Shown: piece by piece, positions 9,550-21,339 of the stretch
How positions within the stretch are numbered: the stretch's first letter is position 1
Layout: each line of letters begins with the position of its first letter
Assembly (NCBI GenBank): GCA_900617105.1
Contig: UYFQ01000302.1
Span: forward strand, 1-34,654
Source: Hydrurus foetidus
Taxonomy: Eukaryota
Length of the DNA stretch: 34,654 nt
Reading direction: 5' to 3'
Notes under the pieces: generated by a model
Seen by the model: only the letters and a program-made list of their open reading frames with translations
What the model was told of the DNA's origin: nothing
Databases searched by the model: none
Program-made: the position numbers and the translations under genes

Positions 9550-9873
9550 TGTTGGGATATATCTGAGATCCGTGGTAGCGCACGAACGTGATAGTACAGC
9601 TCGGAAGGTTCTCAAGGCCAAGGCTCGTGAAACGAGACTACCGTTAGTCAACGATCACTTGTTAATTAGACTGTGCTTCATCAGTCAAAAAGGCCACGAG
9701 TCCAAACAATGCATACGATCATATTCTACTCTACGGTTGCAGCTTGTGGATCCCGTGTTCACTGATCCACTCGCTGAACGTATGCGTACTTACTCAATAA
9801 AGCGTACTGCAGTACGCTAAATAACGTAAGTACACAGATTGTGTTCGTGTCATAAACTATGATACCTCCAACA
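9550..9873 (-). repeat. 3' LTR of element B (324 bp)
   Basis: TGTTGG...CCAACA ends; about 7 mismatches to the other LTR by eye. Confidence 0.95.
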
Positions 9874-9939
9874 CACCCCTATGTCACATCGCAATCGTCA
9901 CCTTTCATGCATTAAACATAAGTCGTGGCAAATATGAAT

Positions 9940-12900
9940 CTAATCTACATTTCTGCCTTCCCATCCGGTTATTCCTTCACTCTCCGACTTGAATTGAGCT
10001 CCTTACAGCGGCTTCGTCAGATGGTTCGCGTACATTGATTTTGTTCCGAGGTGGACTACTTGTGCCTCGCCCATGTCTACCCGCTCCTTAAGCCAGAAAT
10101 ATCTGATCGCTATATGCCTTGTCCGTTCCGCCGCTGACCGCCCTCTCTCGATGAGCGACATGCATGACATGTTGTCCTGGTACACCGTCACTGGACCACA
10201 CGCATATCCTTGCCCTATGATAAAATTTCTCAAATGCAGAGCTTGGTTAGAAGAGTCGGATAGCGCCACTAGTTCCGCCTCCGTGCTTGACTTCGTCACT
10301 ATTTGCTGCTTCGAAGACTTGCAGTGCACCGCACCCCTCTGTCCCACCACAACGCAGCTTCCCGTATGTGACTTTCCATCAGGATGTACCCCGAATGCTG
10401 CATCGATTAGGACACTCACTTCTATTCCCTTGTCTCCAGGCGCAAACACGATCCCTCTGTCTTTGGTGCAGCACACATACTTGAGCAGTCGCTCTAGTTT
10501 AACGAGATCATCACTGTTGCACTTGGTCACTCTCGTGGCCAGGAATGCGACTGCAGTCAAGCAGTCTGGCCGAGCACGCTTAGCTAGGTATAGCAATTTC
10601 GCAACGTGGCGATGGAATCGCACCCGCTGCTCCTCCGTCGCCATCATCACACATTCCCTCACATCGAACAGCCCCTCAGTGGCAGGTGTTCGCGCACCCC
10701 CAATTGTCCCGCTTTCCTTGAGCATGTCCTCCACGTACCCACACATGGACACCCTGGCTACACCTGTTATAGACATATCGAAAACCATACCTAGATAGTT
10801 CACGACAGGTCCGTTCTTCCGTGTAATGTCACCATACTTCTTGATCAACCCAGTCGCGAGTGACTCGATCATCTCCTTATCTATGCTCGTGATCATCAGA
10901 TCGTCCACATGTACCGCTATGGTGCATTGCACCCCGTGTTCATTGTGTCTGTTGAACACGCAGATGTCGTGAGTGTTAGCTACATATCCCAACTCGGACA
11001 GGGTATCCCTCAGATTCTCATACCATAAGGCAGCTGACTCTACGCAGCCGTATAGCGCTTTTTCCAGACGCACTACCACGCGCCCCTTCATGTCCACATA
11101 GTCAGCATACTCGGGTGCTAGCTTAATCATTATGTTGGTCATGTTTCTGTCCAGGCGCATGTGGACCGTGAGTCCTGTCGTCATATCGGCATTGAGAAAT
11201 GCTCCGCTTATGTCAATTACCGTGATGCATCGTCTCTCGTATGCTGCAATGCTCAGTAGTGTGAACACTGAGCTTGTTCCAACGGTCGGTGCGGACAAGT
11301 CGTCATACATGTCTCTGTCCTGTTGGTCTCCTCCAGCGACTAACCGTGCCTTTAATTTTTCAAACTCACCACTCGCCAGAAACTTCTCTTTGAGGAACAT
11401 GCTGGATCGGATGATCCTATGTTTCTCCTCGCGAGAGAGTCGTGTCAGATCAACTGGTGCCCACACCTTCTTGCTGATCATCTGTCCAAGCTCCTTCTCG
11501 ATGACGCTCACCGCTGCATCACCCCTTGTTCGCAGCGCTTCGTTCACAGATATATTCAATACACGCTCTCCCCAGTGGTCACCGTCCCCCGAGTAGTCTC
11601 TCGTCAGGAGTGCAAGTCCCCCCTTCTCCCCTCTGAAGTAGCTCATGAAGTCTTCTCGCCTCATTCGCGCAAGTGGACCTGACTCGGCTGACATGCGCGT
11701 CTCGAATGTATCTCGTACAGTGTCATCCCGTGCACCCTCCGTTTCGCCAACCCCAGCGTCTGAGCAGCTCTGTGCTGTGTAGTCCACCGCAACTCCTTGC
11801 GCATCGAACGCCTTCTCACTGTCTTCTGTACGCACATATGGGCCTACTTCCATACCTCTCAAGCTGTTGATGAGATCTCCCATCTCAACTGACTTTGGTT
11901 TCATGGGGAGACGCACTGCCGCGATCGCGTGGTCCACATAGTTTGGGTGACTCAGGTCGTACATAATGTCCGTTGTACTGCATTCACTGTGTTCCGGTTC
12001 ATCCGGCATATCGTTGATGATGTCTGGGAGGTCTTCACTGTCTAGTGCAGCTAATGTCGGGTCAATGCCATTGTTTACTGCTGCCTCTATCGTGTCGGGC
12101 AGTGCATCGGGCATCCCTTTCTTCGAGTCACCGTCCTGCTCAAATGATGTCGCTCGTATAGCCAGCTCCCCTTTTCCCTTCACTCGTCCATCCTCTAGAG
12201 CCAGTTCGTTCAGACGCTTGATAACAGATTCCAGCATGGGGAGTATCCTAAACTGGTCGCGATTCACTAGTCTAACCGATCCAAGTGATAGCATTCTAAC
12301 CGTGCCAGTCCTATTCCCCAGAGGGAGCATAACAACACAGTCTTCTGTTCTCGACTTCAGTGTGTTATCAGTGTTCGGGACAGTGCATTGTGCATAGTCA
12401 CCAAACGAGCATCTGAAGTCCCTCTTGCCGTCTGGCTTCCTCCCAATGAATGCTTCACGAGGGCTTATCGCTGATTCCCGTAATCCGCTTGGTTCATAGT
12501 TGAGCCTGGATATCACGTACAGTACGCACATCGTGATACCCACAGTCGATAATGTAAAAGGTAGGTGATACGCAACGTGCGACCGCACTCTCTCTTTAAT
12601 TACTCGAATTCGTCTTTCTACTATCGCTACGTGCCCGCCAGCACCACTGATATCTACTGCTACTCCGATCTTCCCAAGCTCGTCCACGAGGCTGATGACG
12701 GCCCCCTCGCCGTCGCTCATGATGACAGACGTCCTAAAGTTCTGTGACGCGAGCACTGCCAGGAAATGGTTGATTCCTTTCCGCACCTCCGCCGCAGCTC
12801 TCGACGATTTCTTCGACACGATGTTGTTCAAACTGTATGCGATAGTAAGTCCAAGTGGAGTAGCCACTCCGATTAGCGTAGCTATTTTGTCTATAAACAC

Positions 12901-15285
12901 TATATCGATTGATAGCATCTGATCTCTTTGCACGATTTTAGTGCTGACGACGATGTCGGCAACTGCGGTGGCTCTCTTGCATGTCTTCCCTTTTAGTGAA
13001 GCTACATCCTTTCCCCAGATGGCGTCTGCGATTTGAAAGTCTCTCGCAGATACTTTGAAGTTGCTTCCCGCGTTAACAATCGACATCGCCTGATCGACGG
13101 TCGGGAATCCCATTCTTGCCAGTAGCTCTCTTGCTCTCCGAGCTCTCTCTACTTCACGCTTCGTGAACGCCTTAGTGTTTTCATCACCGTTGAGACTAGA
13201 GCTGCTTCCGATTCCACGTCCCGCCAATCGCAAGAGTAAAAGTGCCCTTCACTCCCCACGATATGCTTCCGTCCGAAACAGTAGATTCTTTCGCTGTCCT
13301 TTGGCTGCAGTGTAAAGCAGTCCTCCTCGTGGTTATATCTCACGGCTGCTCCCGCGTCAACTTGCGACGCGAATGATAGAACGTTGGCCGATGCTGATCC
13401 GCTGTAAAACACGGTCCCGAACTCCCCAAACTCTCCTTCACGATCAACGGAGACGTCAACTCCCTGCTGGATGCCACTCACTTTTATAGATTTTCTCGCT
13501 TTTCTTATTCCAGTAAGTAACTCGGCGTTGTTGAATATGTTCAATGAAGCTTCGTTATCTAGAAGCACATCATATCTCGAGAAACAGCATCTCTCAACAG
13601 ATGAGACTAATGCAACACCCCACTCATCATCCTGCTCGCTCTCATTATCTGCGTCTGGTTCCTCAACCGATACGTGGGCTTTTCCAGATGATGATTTGCG
13701 TTGAGGACAGTCTCTAGCATAGTGCCCTTTCTCCTCGCACACGTAGCACTTCACATCGCTTAGCTGTTTCTTCTTGGCCCCACCGGTCTTGACTCCCTTC
13801 TTCTCTGTGTCTTTGGCCGAGGCTGCTCGTGAGCTGGCTGTGACGTACGCGGCGTTTGGTGCACCGGGTGTGGGTGTGAGTATGGAGCCGTTCTCGCGCC
13901 AGCCTGATGCGATGCGGAAAGCTCCTGTGAGTTGCCACGGGTTGGCACGAAGTCGGGAGGACATATCGTGGATGGCCAAATTAAGATGGGAAGGTTTGGT
14001 TAGTAAATTCGATTTAAGAATTAGAAACTGGCACGGAGGCCACAAAGCATAAATTCATGTTGCACATCATTTCTACCTGCCGTACAATAATAAGATCTCA
14101 ATCGTCATGCGCATGCAATTTGACTGGCTCTCGTAGATTTACATCTACGCGAGATAGTAGCTACTCAACTGTAAATATGATGTTTGTACTAAAAGCTAGA
14201 CTTTTGGTACCAAGTACCGGATAAATACTATACAGCTGTGATTATTACGGTGTAACAATGGCAATATACGTGATACGAATTGGCATTGAGGAAGCGACTT
14301 GGTGCACATTGCACACCAATAACAATCTACAAAATGTGTTTACTTATGATATCCTATCATGCTAATTGTTGATTATACAAATGGTAATATACAGCTATAA
14401 CTAGCACTTATCGCTGTTATATACCGACAGCTCCGGCAAGTGTCTTGGGAAATGCATCAGGTTTGCGACGGATGGCGTCGTTCTGCATATTGTCGTGCAT
14501 ATTTTTGTATCTTCTAGGGTCCAGTTTCCCGATGAAGTCTAGTGCTCTCTTTGAATCGGACACTTCTGCCATCCCCACAGCGCAGTTTGCTTCGACCTGC
14601 TCATCGAATCTGTTCTTGAATGTGTCGAGCAGTTTTCTCTCCCCTTGTCTCATTGATCCGTACTTACGCTCTTGCTGGTGCTGATTGATCTCCATCATAG
14701 GATCATCGTCACCGAACATGTGGGTGAGGTGAGTCTTTCTGATCATTTCCCACAGCATGATGCAGTCGAGGGTCATGTATGCTTCGTGGTACCCCTCCTC
14801 CTCTCGCACTCTGGTCTGTGATGCCGGCGACATGCGCCTCCACATCATGGGGTACAGCGTACGTTCGTTCTCCTTTTGTGATCTGAGGTCGCGTTTTCTT
14901 TGAATGTAGTCGTCTTCTCTGAATTTCGCCCTCGCTTTTTCAGACGCTCATTTCTCGCTGCTCGATCCGCACTACGTTCCGCCTTCTCGCGGGCTTCAGC
15001 TTCGAGTTGTGCTGGGTTAGCGACTGGTTTATCTGCGTCAGAAGCCTCGTCTTCTGCATCCGAGCTGGAGCTCTTCTCAGATGAATCTGCAGGGTAATCC
15101 CTGTAGGTGAGTCTCGGATGCTCGTATCGCTTGTTGGTGGTAAAGAACATCCCTACGATCCCGTATAGTTCGGTTGCAATTGTCTGTATGTGTTCCCTCC
15201 ATTTTATAATGTTGCTATTTCTTCCGTATTGAAGCGTACACTCCTCTGTACTTTTAGAAGCTTCAACGGCACGTTTTGGAGGCAT
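9940..15285 (-). pseudogene. gag-pol of element B, inactivated
   Basis: Starts MPPK. Motifs: CCHC knuckle CYVCEEKGHYARDC, protease LLDNEAS, IN SID/SDGE/VERRIR, RT KARLVAGG and HVDD, RH LIDAAF and SSTEAE. Lesions: frameshifts near 14935 and 13185, solo LTR at 13926-14429, and premature TAA at 10003-10005 (the homologous frame continues to TAG at 9940-9942). Confidence 0.92.
13926..14429. mobile_element. Solo LTR (504 bp) of an unrelated family inserted in gag of B
   Basis: Begins TGTGAG, ends CCGACA, and is flanked by the 5-bp direct repeat GCTCC (13921-13925, 14430-14434). Removing it restores TLAGAFRIASGW, homologous to TLAGAYRIASSW of element C. Confidence 0.88.
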
Positions 15286-15311
15286 TGAAGAATGCCGTTA
15301 CTGTCTCATTA

Positions 15312-15631
15312 TGTTGGGATATATCTGAGATCCGTGGTAGCGCACGAACGTGATAGTACAGCTCGGAAGGTTCTCAAGGCCAAGGCTCGTGAAACGAGAC
15401 TACCGTTAGTCAACGATCACTTGTTAATTAGACTGAGCTTCATCAGTCAAAAAGGCCACGAGTCCAAACAATGCATACGATCATATTCTACTCTACGGTT
15501 GCAGCTTGTGGATCCCGTGTTCACCGATCCACCCGCTGCACGTATGCGTACTTACTCAAAAAAGCGTACTGCAGTACGCTAAATAACGTAAGTACACAGA
15601 TTGTGTTCGTGTCATAAACTACGATACTTCC
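15312..15631 (-). repeat. 5' LTR of element B, split by element C (last 4 bp AACA at 21243-21246)
   Basis: Matches 9550-9869 and resumes after element C and its duplicated CTTCC. Confidence 0.94.
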
Positions 15632-15960
15632 TGTTGGAGTATCGGGAAAAGACACTGTAGTAGTTGTGTGTGTGTGTGCGTGGATCCCGACGGACAGCGG
15701 CGTGTACCCTTGGGGTAGTGGCCGGGACCCCGTTGGCTGTATAGTCTTCTCGGACTTTGTCCGTTCAAGATACTGTGCATTGACTGATGTGTGATTCGAT
15801 CTTGATGAATGTAAAGGACTGTGTTGCCGTCATGTGGAGACAGCGACACAAGTTTAATTATCAAGTGATTAAACATACAGTCTTATTTCACGAGTCTTGG
15901 GTCCAAGTCACGAGTTACGCGGAGTTGCTATATCCACCGGATTAGCCGAAAGTCCCAACA
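15632..15960 (+). repeat. 5' LTR of element C
   Basis: TGTTGG...CCCAACA; copy at 20909-21237. Confidence 0.95.
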
Positions 15961-15970
15961 TAATTAAACT
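15960..15970 (+). promoter_or_regulatory. Non-tRNA PBS of element C, complementary to its own LTR (candidate self-priming site)
   Basis: ATAATTAAACT is the exact reverse complement of AGTTTAATTAT at 15851-15861; there is no TGG-type PBS. Confidence 0.7.
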
Positions 15971-15985
15971 GATCAGCGCATCGAG

Positions 15986-18900
15986 ATGCCGCCGAAGAAA
16001 CAAGAAGTCCTCAAGTCTGCAAGAGAGCCTTGCATCCTGAAGATAGGACGAGGCAACAACGTGGTGCAATGGATGGAAGAGATGCAAAACGATGCATGCG
16101 CGCTGTATGGCATGACAGGCATGTTCTTCAGCACCGACGTGAGCCACTTCATACCGTATCCACGCGAGGTGGACTACAACCCGAGTGCTCCACCACCTGG
16201 AGCAGATGATGTCGACACTGACGATGAGGCGGAAGGTGAAGATGAAGAGGTGGACCCTGTACCCGCAGTCGTACCTGTGGTGTATCCACCCGCATTCCTC
16301 GCGAAACTGAGGGCCAATGCGTTCGAAGGACGGAGAAAGCTTGTCGAAGCTCAAAAGGTCGATGAGCAAAAGCTGTTTCCAATGATATGGGATAGGATGT
16401 CAGCTGGGTCACAATCTAAGGTGCGCGAGGAACCTGGGTTCGAGGCCGCACGGATGCAATTCGATAGTGTGAGGCTATGGCAGTTCATCAAACGGAGTCA
16501 CCTCACGCACGTGTACGGAGAAGACGACTCGATGCGTGCGGTGAACGTTCATGAGCAGACGCTCAGGTACAACTACCTTCGTCAGGGTGACCAAGAGCTA
16601 ATAGGCGAATTCAAGACCAGATTTGACAATCAAGTGTCAGGCAACAAGGTATGGAACCCGTGGAAGAGTCGATTAGGGCACTTGATTTCCTGAGCAAACT
16701 TGACCCGAAAAGGTATACATGTATGCTCACCGTGATGCGTAACAATGCTGTACAAAATCTCCCGCATAGCTACCCTTCCACCTTAGCCGGAGCATACAGG
16801 ATTGCATCGTCATGGACGAACGCGAACGGAGCAGTCCCCCTTGGCGCTGAGCAACATTCCGCGTTTTTGACCGATTTGGCAATGCCCACGAAAGGAAAAG
16901 GTCACGGAAAGAAAGGCAACGGCAAGACTGCAACGACGAAGAAAAAATCATCGTCAGTGATTTGCTTTGTCTGCGGATTGGCGGGACACTACGCTCGCGA
17001 TTGTGAGAGTCGAAAGAGCGACGAGCAAGCCCTTGTAGCAGAGGTTCAAGAAGAACCAGACGACGACGACAGGACCGTAGAGACGGCTTTCGTGGCGACC
17101 CATGAGGTCGTTCTGTTCGCAAAGAGTCACGTCCTTTTGGACAACCAGGCATCAGTAAATGTCTTCTGCAATGGGGGGCTTCTCACCGACATCCGGAGGT
17201 CGAAGCAGGGGATACTTCTCAACGGAGTCCAGGCCGGCGTCAAGTCAGTTCGAGTCGACCTGGAGGGAGACTTTGGGGAAGTCGGCCCTGTCTATTTCAG
17301 TCGTGGAGCGACAGCGAACATCTTGTCCTTTGCCGCCATGGTCGATAGGGGTGCCAAGATTCAGTACGAGCAACAAGCCGGACGGTTCACTTTGCAGCCC
17401 AGGGGAAGCAGCAACATCTACAGCTTCTGTAGACAACCCGTCACAGGATCAGACGGCCGGTTCTACGTGTGCGACGTAGACACCATGGTCAAGCGAGTCC
17501 CGACGAAACATCGAGAAGAAATGGTGCTAGTCAACACAGTTAGCGACAACATGATGAGGTACACAAAACGCGAGATAGCATCGGCAGCAAGAGCTAGAGA
17601 GTTGCTTGCGAGGATGGGATACCCTCCAGTAGAGATGGCCATCGCCATGGTTCGTGGAGGGAACAATTTCAACGTCTCAGAGAACGATTTCAGAGTGGCT
17701 CATTCCATATGGGGGAAATGTCTTGCCAGCCTGAAAGGCAAAACGCATAAAATGAAGACGGCGGTGTCGGACGTCTCGCTAACACCTGCGCTAGTACAAG
17801 TGGAGCAAGTCTTAAGTGTAGACATTGCCTTCATCGATAACACAGCGGTACTTATTGGCGTATCTACCCCTCTGGACTTGACCCTCGCCAGCAGCCTCAT
17901 ACGACTAGATATCTCGAAAACCTCACGATCAACGCCAGTGGTGAAGGGTGCGCTAGATGATATGATACGTACCCTAGCTTCTAGGAACTTTTCAGTCCGA
18001 GTTATCATGAGCGACGGGGAAGGTGCTATAGGAAAAATCGTGCCTAATCTCATGGCTGCTGGGATCGAGGTTGATATCAGCGCAGCTGGCGGGCATGTTG
18101 CCAGAATCGAGCGTAGAATCCAAATGGTTATAGAACGGTGTCGAGCACACATCTGCGGACGACTTCCATTTACGCTGACTGACTTGGGTAACACTATGCT
18201 TGCCTTATACTGTGTCTCTCGTATCAACTGTCAACAATCAGGATCAAGGCCCGGGGGTCTCTCGCCGCGAGAACTTTTTTCTGGACGGAGGGTTGACGGG
18301 ACCCTGGACTTTCGTGCGGCCTTCGGAGACTATGCCGTATGCACCGTTCCCAACACAAATAACACGATGGAATCTCGCACCGAAGACTGCATTGTGATGC
18401 TTCCCACTCACAACCGGACTGGATCATTCAAAATGCTATCGCTAACATCTGGCAAAATTGTGACACGGGACCAGTTCAAAATCTTACCCATGCCGCAGTC
18501 CGTCATCCAGACGTTGAACTCCTGGGCCATAAGAGAAGGGAAGAAAATAACCAAAACTAAAACACATGTGTTTGATGAGCTGTTATTTGCCAATAGTGTC
18601 GACAAATCTAACATGCCACTCTTCATTACCAACCCCCCCACTCAGGATGGTGTTGTCAATAGCGAGATGGAAAATCAACCTAGTGGACCTCAACCTCAAC
18701 CGGTCATAGCAGATCTTCCTAGAGCAGACAGCGTCATCGAGCTCTCACAATACGTAGTGGGGGGGGGGTACCTGTGGGACCTGTGGGACTTGGTATTATG
18801 GAGTCTCAACTGCCTCAACCGGATGACACCGACTACCCTCCATCGATACTCGCATCACCGCACATCCCCCAAGGGGAACCGGGTGTGATCGCGATACCAA

Positions 18901-20763
18901 CTGACGTAGCACAACCATCATCACCACCGGCTCAGGACCCAGCGATTGAGCAGGAGATCGCACTGGCAGTGAACACCCCACCACCACCACCGCGAGTCAT
19001 TGAGTTCTTCCGGACTGGAGAGGGGGCGTTCGTTACTGCCAACCGGAGTGTACGTACAACCGCGACCGGGCCGACAGCCATACTGCACAGCATCGAGAAG
19101 GTGCTCAAACGGCACCGAGCAGAGCTCGCTAACAGCGACACAGCCAACATCAGCGTGAAGGAGGCGCTGCGGACTAGGGGTGATGAAGCGAGAAGGGTGA
19201 TCATTCATGAGTTGAAGCAAATGCTAGACAAGAAGGTATGGGTACCGGTGTCAGGAGCAGTGCTCACAGCATCACAGCGATCAGCGATTATACGATCATC
19301 CATGTTTCTCAAGAGGAAGAATCATCCAGACGGGAGCTTCCATAAGCTCAAGGCACGACTGGTAGCTGGGGGGGACCAGCAAGACAAGGGACTGTATGAC
19401 GACTTATCCTCACCGACGGTGTCAATCAGCGCAGTGTTAACTTTGCTAGCAGTGGCAGCACATGAACATCGTCATGTTGCTGTGGTGGATATCACGGGGG
19501 CATTTTTGAATGCTGACATGAGGAAGGGTGTGCCGGTGCACATGCGACTTGACCGTACGATGTCCGACTTCATCACAGACATCGACGGTAGGTACAAGAA
19601 GTACGCGGATAAGGGAGGTGGCACCGTCGTGCGCCTCAAGAAGGCTCTATATGGGTGTGTGGAGAGTGCGGGCCTATGGTATGATGATTTGAAGACGACT
19701 ATGAGCTCTCTCGGGTATGTGAGGAACGGATGCGATCAGTGCGTGTTCAACCGAGTCTGGTCAGACGGATCACAGTGCACTGCAGCAGTGCATGTAGACG
19801 ACCTCCTCGTCATGTGCAAGAACAAGGCGGCGTTGACTCACATAGTCGATGGGCTGCGGAGTAAGTACGGTGCGATAACACTCGCACTCGGACCTGTTGT
19901 GAACTACCTTGGTATGTCCGTAGATTTATCCTCACCAGGTCGCGCGAAGATCACCATGCGAGGATACACTGATGAGGTCGTGTCCACATCCGGGGTGCGT
20001 GGTACAGCCAGATCACCCACAACCGACGGACTGTTCGAGTACAGAGAGAATGCAGAGTTAGTAGCGGAGCCCACCCGAGTATTTCCACAAGATCGTCGCG
20101 ATGGTGCTCTATCTAGCAAAACGCACTAAGCCGGAATGCCTCACTGCGGTATCTTACCAGTCCACTCGGGTGACCAAATGCACCACCGACGACGTCGACA
20201 AGCTCCAGCGCCTCATACGATACATCGCCGGGACACGGGACAGCGGCGTGGTACTTATGCCGGGTCTGGCCGGTATCACTGTAAAGCTATTCGTGGACGC
20301 ATCTTACGGTGTCCACCATGATGCGAAGTCTCACACCGGAAGCTGCATCGTCATCGGAGATGTAGGAGCGGTTCACTGCAGGTCGAGCAAGCAGCTCATA
20401 GTGACGAAGTCGAGCACGGAGGCGGAGCTCGTGGGCCTATCAGACTCTGCGAACCAGGGGATTTTCATTCGTAACTTTCTCATTTCACAGGGATATGAAA
20501 TGCCGCCGGTCACCATCCTGCAGGACAACCAGTCGTGCATGGCACTCATTGGGCGTGGACGCTCGGCGGCGGAACGTACAAGACACATCCAAATCCGCTA
20601 TTTCTGGGTGAAGAAGAGGGTGGACACGGGCGAGGCGAGGATCGAGTACCTGCGCACGGAGGACATGTACGCGAACGTGCTCACCAAGCCGCTCCAGGGA
20701 GCCCAATTCATTAGAGAGAGAGACGCGCTCACAGGATGGACCAGTCGCGCGGAGAAGATCTAA
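15986..20763 (+). pseudogene. gag-pol of element C with three frameshifts
   Basis: Motifs: MPPKK start, CFVCGLAGHYARDC, LLDNQAS, IN SVD/SDGE/IERR, RT KARLVAGG and HVDD, RH FVDASY. Frameshifts at ~16647 (7-nt deletion relative to element D), at the G10 run 18759-18768, and near 20080-20100. Confidence 0.9.
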
Positions 20764-20908
20764 AACGAAACTTTATCGTGCTATTAATTTTAACTGTTAT
20801 GCAAATCAATTCACATGAGTGTGTCTGCTGTGCAAATCAATTCATTCTGTTTCTGCTATTGAGTCTCTTGCATAAAATCATGCTGAACTACTGTGTGCCT
20901 GTTGGGTG

Positions 20909-21237
20909 TGTTGGAGTATCGGGAAAAGACACTGTAGTAGTTGTGTGTGTGTGTGCGTGGATCCCGACGGACAGCGGCGTGTACCCTTGGGGTAGTGGCC
21001 GGGACCCCGTTGGCTGTATAGTCCTCTCGGACTTTGTCCGTTCAAGATACTGTGCATTGACTGATGTGTGATTCGATCTTGATGAATGTAAAGGACTGTG
21101 TTGCCGTCATGTGGAGACAGCGACACAAGTTTAATAATCAAGTGATTAAACATACAGTCTTATTTCACGAGTCTTGGGTCCAAGTCACGAGTTACGCGGA
21201 GTTGCTATATCCACCGGATTAGCCGGAAGTCCCAACA
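20909..21237 (+). repeat. 3' LTR of element C
   Basis: Copy of 15632-15960. Confidence 0.95.
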
Positions 21238-21339
21238 CTTCCAACACTCAACTCCTTCGAGAGGCGTGAAAGGTTGACTTTTTTCTTTTTTCATATAAAA
21301 AATGATAAATTGTTATGAAAGAATGAGATACATTTGACC

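Larger units (their letters stand above)
15632..21237 (+). mobile_element. Ty1/copia LTR retrotransposon C (CoDi-like), nested in the LTR of B
   Basis: 329-bp LTRs at 15632-15960 and 20909-21237 (3 mismatches seen); TSD CTTCC at 15627-15631 and 21238-21242; copia domain order. Confidence 0.96.
9550..21246 (-). mobile_element. Ty1/copia LTR retrotransposon B (CoDi-like), degenerate, hosting two nested insertions
   Basis: LTRs at 9550-9873 and 15312-15631 plus 21243-21246. The 5-bp TSD CTCAA is at 9545-9549 and 21247-21251. Gag-PR-IN-RT-RH lies on the minus strand, and a PPT-like AGGGGTG (9874-9880, minus) is present. Confidence 0.95.

Noticed and set aside
9573..9580. TGGTAGCG inside the B LTR, identical to the first 8 nt of A's PBS
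   Set aside because: It is antisense to element B, lies inside the LTR and is absent from the C/D LTRs; an 8-nt match is plausibly chance.
9572..9820. 82-96-aa ORFs in the B LTRs and 85-111-aa ORFs in the C LTRs
   Set aside because: They recur only because LTRs are duplicated; no recognisable motifs, mostly non-ATG starts.
10073..12922. Plus-strand ORFs antisense to B pol (up to 241 aa)
   Set aside because: Shadow ORFs of the coding strand with no independent motifs.
15440..15446. CTGATGA (minus strand) in the B LTR as a hammerhead ribozyme core
   Set aside because: No downstream GAAA with stems II/III on the same strand, and C/D read CTGATGT/CTGATGC.
18759..18768. G10 run as a programmed frameshift in C
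   Set aside because: B is continuous through the equivalent IN-RT linker, and C has other lesions; homopolymer slippage or sequencing error is more likely.
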